A program made the position numbers and the translations under genes. DNA of 64,000 bases from Vicugna vicugna (Eukaryota), in assembly GCA_013265495.1 (NCBI GenBank), contig MU057724.1, positions 945,102 through 1,009,101 of the forward strand, in the 5' to 3' direction. Below the pieces are notes generated by a model, which was given only the letters and a program-made list of their open reading frames with translations, ran no database searches and was not told the DNA's origin. Position 1 is the first letter of the stretch. Every line of letters starts with the position of its first letter. Shown here piece by piece: positions 52,793 to 64,000 of this stretch.

Positions 52793-55700
52793 GGCGGGCA
52801 TTTGCATCCTAATTTTGTGAACAGGAAGACTGACCTGGTTTAGGATTCACAATAACCAACCTACTGCACAAAATTTTCTTGTGAAGATTATGCTTCGTAC
52901 ATTGTTTTGTTTTGATAATTTGCATCCACATTTTACTGTTTACATTTAAAAATAATAACTTAAAATAAGAATGAAAATTTACGTTTAAAATGAGCTTTTA
53001 AAAACTGCTTTCAGGTTGAAACTTCTTACGCTGCTTCTTGTCCATCTCAGTTTATGTCGCCTGGCTTTGGGTACTTCGCTTACTTTCATTTGTAGCATCA
53101 GAGTTAGACGGCATTTAATTTTCATCATGTAATTTCCGTAACCGGTTACACAACCTGATGACAGTTTGGAGTGGATTTTGCTTCTTCAAAAATAGACGTC
53201 AGACTAACATAATTTTACTGGGACTGACAGTTCAAATTAATCAACTGTTTCTTTTTTCTCTTACTGGCAGACAGAGAGGGAGGGGGAGAAGGACTGACAG
53301 ACTCCCCATCCGCGTCCACCAGCGCTCAGAGGAAATCTGTTCCTCCAGGCCTGAATAATCAGTGCATATGTTTTTAATTAGCCACATCTTTGTGCTCCGA
53401 GCCTCGTCAGGATGCGCTTCTTTTATTGGACGTGTTAAATTCCTGCAATTACTCCGGGGAAAATAATGTAAGCAACCAATCGCAAGAAGTAGCCTAAATT
53501 TTGCAGGGAAAAGCCTCTTCACCGACAGGGAGAGTGTGATCCTGCTGGAGGAGCTCTGTTTTTGTCCTTCAACAAAAACCACACTTTCTGAAAATTATCT
53601 GTGGAGATGACACGTACGTGTTTGTGCGTGTGGTGTTGCCTACGTTTGTCCAAGGGAACTGGGACCTTCATTTACCACAATCCTGAGCAATCCGTCTACT
53701 TTCACACCAACCAAGCTTCCACACTGGCCCCAAGTAACCCTGTTCTGAGCAGCTCTGTGCGTCTCGGAGACCGGAAGGCCCCATCGCACGCGGTTTGAGA
53801 GGCCTACTCGCACCTGTCACCAGTGCCCCCGTTCAAAGCTCGAGCAGAGAGTGGGTGAGGGCAGCTTCCCGTGTGCAGCTCGGCCAGCGTTCTCGACCTG
53901 GCGTGGGCCCGATTTCCGCGCGCCCCAGGCCCCCCGCGAGCCGGCCCCCACGCACCCCTCTGCCCCCAGCGCCACACCGCGCACCCCCTGACCCGCACGT
54001 GCCCTGAGTCTCGGCCCCGCGCAGGGCCTCCTCCAGCCGGAGCCCGGGCGGCAGCGACACTGGGGGCCACCTGACAGGAGGACGCTGAGGCGGCGGCGAG
54101 ATGGCTCCAAGGCTAAGGAAAACATGCACTTCCCGGAGCGAACCACGCGCGGGTCTGACTTCCATTCCCAGGTGATCCCGGTTCAGTCCCTTCCGCCTCC
54201 AGGGAACCAGTGGAGCCGCTCAGGCCGCCGCCTCTCGCGCGCCGCGCCCGCCCGCCGCTCCGGTCCCGGGAGAGCCCCCCGACGCTTGGCGCCAGTCCCT
54301 TGGCTCCGGTCCCCAGAGCCGGCGTGGAGGACGGCGCTGCACCCACGACCCCCTCTGCTGTCGGAATCCGGGCAGGAAGAATCCGAGAGCCAGGCGGGGA
54401 AGGGGGGCCTGGGACGGGCGTTGGCCCCTGTCCTAACGCCCCCGAGAAATTCGGGTTTCGTTCCACCCCTTTAACCCCACATACCAGTCATTCCTCCTCG
54501 AATTTCCTCCCAAGTCTGCAACTGTCTCCGGGCTCAAACCCACACTCACAAGTTCGGTCCCCGGAGAGGTGGGCTGTGGTACGACCCCACCCCCCACATT
54601 TTCCCTCTTCGCCACACATGGCTTCTAGGGTCCTTGTGGACATGATTCTGACCCGTGTACCAAGTTTCAGCGTTGTGTATTTCAGTTCCCCGCCTTAGCC
54701 CACGCGCGTCCGCACCGGTTGCCCAGTGCGGGTGGCGGGGCCCTCGGTGGCCGCCCCCGGGGACACCCACACAACCCTTCCGGGTGCGGGGACCAGCGGT
54801 CGAGAAAAGCAGGTGCAGCGGGTGGAGGTGGGGTCTGTGCGCCGCGGAGCGAGGGGCCGGCGACGCCTGGGGGCGCGCCACTCTGGACCGGGAGTCGGGG
54901 GTGGGGGGGACTGGCGGCAGCGAGGAGAGGCGAGGGAAAACGGCAGAAACCCGGGTCGAGGGTCGGTGGGCTCGCTTGGTTCCGGCGTTAAAAGGGCGGC
55001 GACGGCCGAGCCCTCCCGCCGACTTTATCATCCCCTGTTCGGTCCTGGAGAAGTCGGCCTCTTCCCGCCGCCCTGCAGAAGCCAGGGCTGCGGGCACTAG
55101 GCAGCTCGGCCCTGGGAAGGAGCCCGCGCCGGGCGCGCAGAGCTGTCTCACCAGGCTCGCGACGCCGACACTCACGCGACCCGCGTCCGGCCGGATCCCC
55201 TCAGCGGCTCCGCAAGGATTCCCAGCTAATTCAGCAGCGCTTTACAAGGTAGCAAAGCGGAAGGCCTTTGCTCTGCTTTCTTTCCCTCTGTCTTTTTATT
55301 GAACAGTAACCTGTCGTTTCTGCTTGGAGGTTCTGAGAAGAATCCACGACCTCTTTGCTCTAGCCTGGGAATTTCAAGTGGGGCCTCTCAGCTTTTAAAT
55401 GTGGCCCCCTAATTGGTAATCAAGACTGTGGAGTCCTCCGAAGTAGCCCTTTCCATCTTATGTAATTAGAAACCCAGAGAGGCTCTGGATTTTCCACGGT
55501 ACATAATCTATATTTATTCTCTCTCCCCTCCCTCTCCCTCCCTCCCTCCGCCTCCCCCCGCCTCTCGTGCGCGTGTGTGCGCGCGCGTGTGCGTGCGATT
55601 CCTTTCGTTTCTAGCATTAGGAAACTCGTTCACGGCCGCTGAAAGTCAGGGGCGGCTCAAATCTGGTTTCCCAAGGATTCCTGCCTCCAACGTCAGATAA

Positions 55701-55873
55701 TGTCCGGAAACGCTGCCCCCAGATAAGCATGGGAGCGTTTTTGGGGGCAGGCAATTAACCCCTGTCCGAATATAAAGCGCCAGAGGAAGGTGAGACTGGA
55801 AGACGAGCAAGCCCTTCGCCTTCGCTGGTGAGGAAAGTGCGGCGCGGGGCCGGCCGCGGTGGGCGCCCCGCGC

Positions 55874-55901
55874 TTCAGCACCGGTGGGGATGGACAGCGT
55901 C
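55874..55901 (+). promoter_or_regulatory. Non-canonical (split) RE1/NRSE REST site
   Basis: TTCAGCACC + 9-nt spacer + GGACAGCGTC. Confidence 0.65.
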
Positions 55902-56107
55902 TCGGGACTGGGCCGCCGCCGCCGGGACGGAACTGCGCCGCCGCCGCCGCCCTCGCGCCGGGCAGCCGGGCTCCCCGCTCCTCGCAGCTAAGAGGCGGCG
56001 TCTCCTGGCCCCCCCTCGGCCCCTCCCCTTCCCTGACCGGCGACAAGTCACCCCCTCCACCTGCCGCAACCCCGCGCGGGGCTCGGAGGACCTCTCCTGT
56101 CCCACAG

Positions 56108-56362
56108 ATTAAACTCCCAGCAGCAACTCGAAGACGGATCTTCTCCAGGGCCGAGGAACACGGGCAGAAGAGTGAGGCCGAAGTTCCCGGAGGCCTGAGA
56201 CACCATGGGCTCCGCAGTCGGGGTCCGGGTGCCGAAAGGGCCTGGCGGGTCCGCGTAGGCAGCGCGCTCACGAGGGGACTGCACCCGCTTCGGCAACAGC
56301 TTCGTGAGAGGAGGCTCCGGACCCACTCAGACTGGAAGGCTTCGAATTCCTCTGCTGGGCAG
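56108..56362 (+). other. 5' non-coding exon
   Basis: Acceptor ctctcctgtcccacag and consensus donor CAG|gtaagc; no ATG-initiated frame runs through the donor. Confidence 0.65.
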
Positions 56363-59309
56363 GTAAGCGGTCAGCCTGTTATTTCTGCTTGTTTATAACT
56401 TGAGTGACTGCTTTCAAGATTTTAACAGTAAGATTAAAGCTATTATTTTTCCTTGTGGATCAAGAAGTTAAACAACTTGATTTTTAATGGTTGTTCCTGC
56501 ATAATCTTCTTTGGGAAATTCTTACCTAATAAACAGTTGGACGTTTTACTTCTCTGAAGTCCCTTATGGGACAAGAATATTAAAAATAATATTTAGCAGT
56601 ATCGATTGCTTATATAATTATAGTAAACTCTTAGCTGGATATTTTTTCAAGATCTAGTATCTTTTTGAATGTGTGTATGTCTTTTTTCCCCCAAATTAGT
56701 ATAATCTGGCATTCTGGAATGGATTTCTTCTTGGTCTTCTGCATGCAGTTTAAAGTGATCCTGTCTGTTACATAGTATGCAAGACTCAAAAAGTTACTAG
56801 TAGTGATGATTTAACCATTTCTTCTATTATATTTTATATAATTATGATTTACCAAACCGTGGGCAGGATCAGACACATGTGTACACACATCTGATTCTTC
56901 TCTCTACACCAACCCCAAGTATACCTACACCTGTGGAATTTCACCTAAATAAATACATACATTTTTATGCAGTGTCTTCTTTCCAGCCTTTTAAAGCCTA
57001 AGACTGCTTGCTCAAACCAGATCTGCCAGAAGGCAGAAAATGAGCTTTAGCGTGCCTTTTTAGGAGAGCTGGGTTTCCATAGCATTCTGACTTCTTAGTT
57101 GCAAATACAAAATATATTTGTCATTGAAGTCCGAAGAGTGATGGGGGCCAATAGGTTTTTGACAAGCCCTAAACTTCAAAGTGTTAATTAAATCTATTTT
57201 CTGTTGCTTCTTACTTCCGGAGTCTTACCCTGAAGCTTTAAAACCACAATCTTTCACAGTGACCTTGATAAGCATGCTGCTTTAATAAAAAGCGTTCACT
57301 GGGTAAACGCAGTTACACAGATTTATAGCCCATGCCTCCCATTTCACTAAGGCTCCATTGGCTCCGATGAGCACATTCAGTTAGTGGAGAGCTTCGACTC
57401 ACAAGGACAGACTTTGACAATCACATAAATACGTGTGATGCTGTAGGCATCACCAACACTGGGGAAAGAGTTTGCCCTTTTGAGAAATCACAGTTCTGTG
57501 GGTTTTCCTTTTCATCTCATAGATCATATATAACTGGTAATAAAATACATATCCAGACCTCAGGTGCATCCCCAAATCCTGAGGCAGTTAGGATGGTGTT
57601 GGCTGGTGTGCTTTGCATTGGCTGAGGGCAGCAATTGCACTCTGAGGAAAAATCATTCTTAACTGTCACTTGCCACTTACCATGAACCTGCTTGCTTAGC
57701 AGAAAGGGAGCAAAGGCATCTGTGTCACTGAGCTCCTCGGGGGCTGTGTTGCCCTATATAGGTCAGAGACGGTCATCTCAGGCGGAGACGTGCACTAGCG
57801 GTCTGAATATCTTCCCAGGAGACCTACAGTGCGCTCCTGACACAGCCTGATTTCCTTTCATTTTCTTTCTAATCTGAGAGATGTGGACGTGAAATTACCA
57901 CACGGAGTAATTAATCACATTTTAGGAGAGTTACAGACTATTGTTAGGTTCTTATTTCAGTTAGTTGTCAGTTAGATTCTTATTTCAGTTGTCAGTGTTT
58001 TATTTTCATACCCTGGTTGGCAGAGCATAAAATGGAAGCAGAGAACGTGTCCCAGGAAGCCTGCTGCGGCCGCAGTTACCTTCTTGGTGGCAGAGGGGGC
58101 AGGCTTCCTCCATGTGTGGCTGAAACTGCACAAAATAAAAGTTACCTTTGCCTAATCCTGTTGGAGACCTAGTCATAGAAATAAATAACTAACTCACCAT
58201 TCCAAGCCCAGGCAAGCCGCCTGGAAGCTGGAGTCAATCCTTATCTTTGGGGAAGTGTCCTTACATTGAGACAGAGTTTTGTAAATCAATTTAATGCCTA
58301 TGCAAATCCTAATCTCCAACTGACCCTCCTAAAAAAAGGAGTGGGTGGGCTAATGCAACCAATGCCCCTCCCCCTGCACAGAACCACAGACTGTCTTTAA
58401 AGGGAAATCAATACTTAATTCCAGGACATCCATAGCCCATTAAAGCAGGCTGTTTGTCTTGATGGTTGTTTTCGTCTGATACCAAAAACGGATGTGTGAG
58501 GTTTGGGGAGTACCAGACACAGTATTCAATATCCCTTCCCCAGGGAGAGGGGATTTTGTTGCTAAGGGTAAGTTCTGTTGTGTTGCTTATAGTCTGGGCT
58601 CATAAAAGAAAAGTGAAATAGGGTTGCACAATCAAGAAAATGTGAAGTGTATATTGGACCAGAGGATAATTAAGAAATGAGCCCTGGAATCTGTTCAGTT
58701 GTTTTTCTTCTTTTAACAAAGAATAGTATGTGGCAAGAGGGACAGGGAGTTCTGGTCTGAACATTTAAATTACAAAAATATTATAAAAATACTCATGGAT
58801 CAGTTTTTTTGCCTAAACCATCTAAATATTAATTGAAGAGTTTAATGTAATTATCGACCATCGGATCACATTGAACTTGAATGTCCACAGCTTGCCTTTG
58901 GAATTGCTTGCTTGAGTTTGAACCAAGTTATATACATATTTACAAAAAATGTAAAAGTAAAAGATGGTTATTATTGAGATTTAAAAAGGCCCTCAATCAC
59001 TGACTTTTATTTTCATACCAATTAAAAGATATAAATTCCAGACAAGCAACCTGCCTATTCACCGAATTCTATCAAGAAGGCAGCAGCCCCTAGTGAAGAA
59101 AAATCAGAAATTATTTCTATATTCGTCACCTCCCCTGAAACACATCCAGTGAATCACAGAATAGCACTCAAGTGGAAAGAGACCTCTTATTTAGTGTTTT
59201 CTTCCTGTGTGGCTCAGCAGAGCAAGCTGTACATGGCACGCAGTGAAGGAGCCGGCATCCTGCAGCACAAAACACGTTATGCATCAATGATGGAGTGGGA
59301 CGTGTAATG

Positions 59310-59560
59310 GTTGACAGTCAAGAGATCCAGATTCTTGAAATGCTGGTCTTTGGGTGTTGGACAAGTCACTCAACTCACTGAAACTTAATTTTTTTTCCTT
59401 AAAAGGGGGCACTTTACCTACCAACTAGGGAACAGTCCTTCATCTACGATTGACACCTAAGTATCTGTGGGATAAATGAACAGAAGCCTACTCTGTGGAA
59501 TACTAGAAAGTCTCAACATGATGCTGTTGAGAGCATTTTGGAGACTTAAACGCTATAAGT
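59310..59560 (+). mobile_element. MIR fragment
   Basis: 'tggacaagtcactcaactcactgaaactt' MIR core. Confidence 0.6.
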
Positions 59561-59887
59561 TTGAATTACTGTTAGTGATCTCCGATAGCATTCATTCCTT
59601 CACTCATCAGAAAACCCCATTGTGGCGAGCATGCCTCTTGCATTTAAGAGCTTTCATTGTATGGACTATAATACTTTCATATTATATTTTATTAATATAT
59701 ATTGATATATATTCATATGTCAATATTTTAATATTCATATACCAATATTTTAATTCAGCATCAGTTTTCTTGTATCTCTCAATGGAATAATGGAATGGTT
59801 TTAAAATATTTATGATTCAAAATGGTCACCATGTTTTACACCAAATGGTCAAGTCTAGGTCAATATGACTCAAGTTCATTTTAACTA

Positions 59888-60252
59888 CAGTTGACCCTTG
59901 AGCAACGGGGAGGTTAGGGGGTGCCAACTTCCTATGCAGTTGAAAATCCACATGTAGCTTTTGACTCCCCCCAAAACTGAAATACTAACAGCCCACTGTT
60001 GACCACAGTCCTTGCTGATAATGAACAGTTGATTAACACATTTTTATGTTATACTTGTATCTACATCTGTTTTATGCATTCATGACATATTTTTGTCTTA
60101 ATTTTTTCCGTATTTCTAGGCTACACTTTTTGTCTGTTCATTTTTTCAATTGTTGCAAATCTCCCCCAATTTTTCCAATACATTTACTGAAAACAAATCT
60201 GAGTATAAGTGGACCCGTGCAGTTCAGATCTATGTTGTTCAAGGGTCAAATG
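59888..60252. mobile_element. Tigger2-type non-autonomous DNA transposon
   Basis: TIRs CAGTTGACCCTTGAGCAAC / GTTGTTCAAGGGTCAAATG flanked by TA on both sides. Confidence 0.9.
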
Positions 60253-61945
60253 TATTTTCACTTTGACCTTAAGTGAATCAATCACTTCCTTTCTGTCGTA
60301 ATTTTCTGGTCTATAAGGGACAAATAATAATTGCCATAGGTTATACTGATAAGGAAACTCATAGGCTTAAATCGACTTGAAAAAGTCAGTATCTGAAAGC
60401 ACATCCAGAAAGCATCTTGATTTGATTTCTGGCTAGTGAAGTTGGAGTGACGTGTGGGCAACTCGGAGCTGACCCAGGGGTACCCTGGGAATGCCAGAGA
60501 GAAGGGGTCTTGGTTTAGTCCAGAGCTTGGGTTCTACTCTAAGATGTCTTCAGGAAATCGCCAGTTAAGCAACATCTCATTGCTTTTTTTCTTTCATTAG
60601 TTGGAGTTTTAAAATTGGCTGATTTTTGAAATGTAATCTTTAAACATTTTGTCTGCATAGACGTTCTAGACTGTGATCAAGAATAAACTGATGGTGAGTT
60701 TAAGAAATCTAAATTATCATTTGGTATTACAGTCAGTTTACACACAGTTTAAACTATTTGAACTGGAAATGGAAAATTATATAATTACCTACTTAGTGAT
60801 ACAATTTTGAGAATTTTTTGGGTTTGATTTATTATCCCTTACCAAAAAAAAGATAAAGTAAAGAAACAATAGAGAAAGAGAAATGGGGAAAAAGTAGGAG
60901 GTGAAGGGTAATTAAAATAATGTCATGTGATCAAGAACTTCTCTTTCTATTATGATTGTGAAGCTTGTTCAGCACATTCTAAGCATGAAAAGTGTCAGAA
61001 GATCACTGTAGATTTTCATGAATTTGGTCCTCAAGTTATCATCAAAGGTAAAATAATAGTTTGTTTATTTTTAAATGAAAGAATCATTAAATCAATGCAT
61101 TAGAAAGTGACTAGTTTTTATCACTTTCGTCACATTCAGTGTACGTACTTGCATACATGTTTAAAATTTAAATTTGTGAAGTAGTTATCACTCCATTTCT
61201 AATCAGCAATATATTGTCATTCACTCAAAATTTCAGAGCTGAAGATTTAATTTTATATACCTGATGAATTCACAAAATAAATTAACAAAAAACATGAATC
61301 TTTTAGAAGTGGTACGAGATTTTCGGTAATATGTTACTCATACAAAACTATGTAAAAGAAAAATGCATCCACTTTGAATCTGCTCAGAGGAATCTGTGAT
61401 GAGAAATTGGTAAGTATCTGAGAGTAAGACATTTAGGAGCGTCAATAAGAAAACAGTATTGCGTGGTTAAACATGCACTGAGTTCTTAAGAAGCCTGGAG
61501 TCTTGCACGGTTTACTTATCAACAGATCATGTGATCTTGGGTCAATCACTTTACCTTAATTTAGCAGCTCATCTTTTTTTGATTCCTTTGTGCAGTCACT
61601 ATCATGTCCATAAGAAAACAAACAAACAGACAAAACCCTGTAGGTTTAGTTGAGCTCAGAAACTTTTCTTCCGATTCCTCTAAGACCTCTTCTCCTGATT
61701 AAGTCCCTGTACTCCTAGGGTGGAAAAGTCATGAGATTTATGATCAGACATATCTGAATTTGAATTCTGGTATAGAGACTCGGTAACTGTACAGACTTGG
61801 GCAAGGGGTGCAGGCTTTCTGGGTCTCTTTATTTCCATATGTAAAACAAAGGAAAACGTCACCTCCGTGTGCCGCTGGGAACAGTCGGGGCAGAAGGCGC
61901 AGGGAACACACGGCAGGGACTCACTCAAGGTGATGTGTGTGATTG

Positions 61946-62271
61946 TAGTTGGACCCCATATCTGCCGGTTCCATGCATATCCTTGAATTCGACCAACCAA
62001 CCACAGATCAAAAATACTTGGAAAAAAATTTTGGAAAGTTCTGAAAAACAAAAATTGAATTTCCTGCACACTGGCAACTATTGCATACATTTACAATGTA
62101 GTAGTTGTTGTGAGTAATCCAGAGAATACTCAAAGTCTACAGGAGGATGTTGTGTGTGAGGTTGCATGCAGATACTGCACCATGTTACACAAGCGACTGG
62201 AGCATCCACAGGTTTTGGTATCTGCGGAGCATCCTGGGGCCCATCTGCCCTCTGACACCCAGGGGCGGCCG
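61946..62271. mobile_element. Tigger3/MER2-type DNA transposon
   Basis: 'ccaaccacagatcaaaaata...gagtaatccagaga...gactggagcatccacaggttttggtatctgcgg'; degenerate TIRs. Confidence 0.8.
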
Positions 62272-64000
62272 TACATAGCTTGTTAGGCCAGGCTGCCAGC
62301 TGTGGCTCTGGACAGGCAACCCACAGTTGCTCTCTTATTATTTCTTCAGATAATTTCCCCACGTTGTATGTTGTCATCCAAAACACCCTCAGCCGGCCAC
62401 TATCCAGCCCTTCATGCTTCGCCCTAGAGCGTTTCCTTTCCTCTTTCTGTATCCCAACCGACATCTCTCTGCACGGCTTGTAAGGTCAATGTCTGCAGGG
62501 CTCTGGCAGGCAAGCTGATGAGCGTGCTGGCCAGGGGGGCGTGTGGTGAACCTTGGAGGGCAGTGCCCACCAGAGGCCCTGACTCTGAGCTCTCTGTGGT
62601 CAGAGTGAAACCTGGGGACTGAAAATAGACCTGGCATGAAATCTCGTTTTCACCTAATTTAATTTGGAACAAAGTGGACCACAAGCTGGACGCCACACAA
62701 GATGCCATCGGTGTCCAGGAGCCTGCAGACCGTTTCTTTTCTGATTTCAGTGGCACTTGTTAAAAACCAAAATGGAATATTTAGTCAAAGCCTTTTTTCA
62801 GTCCTCTCTGTTTTTACCCAAAAATGGGAAAATGAATCATGACTTGGCAAAAAACTTCTTATTATCTTTTAAAAGTTTACAAGAAACGTCTCAAAAATGA
62901 CGAATGGTTCAGAGGAAACAGATACGCAGTTTCTTTAAATGGTCAAAAATCTTCTGGGAAAAAATAGTCCAGAGAGCAAACAGGGACGTGGCCAGATCAG
63001 CAACGCTCCATGCTGTGTTCACTCCAGCAGCGCTTCCCACTGCTCTTCCTCCTCCGGCACCTGCGACAGCCGCTCCAACCCGGATGGAGCCTGGGTGAAC
63101 CGGAAGACCGAGAGAGAAGGATGACCAGCTGTTGGCCGCCGTTGGTTAAACACAAAGTCCCTTCCCCTCCGTACAAACTGTGGTGCAGTTTTCAGGAAAA
63201 GGGGGGACTGTATTATAGGGTAGAAACAATCTAGCAGAGTTCTGGGTCATTTCATGTGTGTACTGCTGATGGAATTCTCAGCAAAAGTGGACTCATAGTC
63301 TTGTTGTCTGCCTAAAAGCTTGCTTTTCTAAGAACATGTTAAGATGAAATGTTCATAATGTGACCTTCAGTGTAATTAATGCACCGCAGCTTTGTGGACG
63401 TCCAATTACTTTTTGCTCAGAAATTAGTAGCATCCAGACGACACACAAACAGAGGGAGAGACTAATGTGAGTAATAGTGCTTCTTGCCGGATAGCTCTGT
63501 TTCTATATTTAGTGGGTTTTCTCCCCATTTATCTTATGGTGAGTCCGCTCCAGTTTGGCTAGACTATTTATCTTTTGTTTCTCTGGTCTGGTTTTAATCT
63601 TGAAGAAGTGACACTCCTAAGAGTAGGTTAATCTAATTGCCTGAATATTACACCACTGATTGCAGATAATACAATCAAGGTGTCATATGGTAGGGCATAT
63701 TTTGAGTTAAGGTAAGTAAGATTAGGGTGGTTCATCTAATTCACTAAATTCGCAAATAGGCTGCTCATTCTTCTCTCTAAGCCATCGTTTTCTCTATTTA
63801 TTATAAGTCCTTCAAAGTGATTACCAACATATAAAATTTGTCTATTACCTGCTTATTCAGCGCGCCTCTATTTTCCATTTTATATTTTCTTTCCATGGCA
63901 GTAAATTTCTGGAAAGCTCTGAAGTTAGAGTATTTCACTATTATGTGAAGCCTTCTTGGATCATATAAGTATGTTCTGGGAAACCTAACCTTCTCCCCTA

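Larger units (their letters stand above)
53800..56400 (+). promoter_or_regulatory. Large CpG-island promoter of a + strand gene whose CDS lies beyond the window
   Basis: ~2.6 kb CpG-dense; donors at 55249, 55790 and 56363; AGATAA twice near 55.7 kb; TATAAA at 55771; abrupt switch to AT-rich intron-like sequence after 56363. Confidence 0.8.

Noticed and set aside
54113..56398. Overlapping 100-215 aa ORFs in the CpG island
   Set aside because: Stop-poor GC-rich promoter sequence; open in many frames; no recognisable domain
1..64000. CRISPR arrays, operons or other prokaryotic systems
   Set aside because: Sequence is mammalian; the tandem repeats have no unique spacers

Overview
Mammalian genomic DNA, most likely a camelid (my inference from the tRNA-derived SINE type and the young L1 3' ends). 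It is GC/CpG-rich and repeat-rich, with two assembly gaps. I recognise no intact protein-coding gene. Most ORFs in the supplied track are artefacts of GC-rich sequence, simple repeats or L1. Main elements: (1) a candidate + strand micro-exon gene at 22.1-32.3 kb with a TATA box, a strong-Kozak ATG, a signal-peptide exon and 7 further short exons with canonical splice sites; it reconstructs an ~80-aa secreted peptide broken by three point nonsense codons (probable unitary pseudogene; an alternative open frame exists). (2) A further chain of + strand pseudo-exons at 35.9-52 kb, including a block resembling PKDCC/POMK-type secretory-pathway kinases. (3) A large CpG-island promoter at 53.8-56.4 kb with non-coding 5' exons, a split REST site and a strong-Kozak uORF; that gene's CDS lies beyond the window. 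(4) Orphan CpG islands at ~11.8 and ~15.1 kb, a duplication with a templated insertion at 15.3-15.5 kb, and many L1/L2/MIR/SINE/LTR/Tigger relics. All gene models were assembled by eye and need alignment or RNA evidence.
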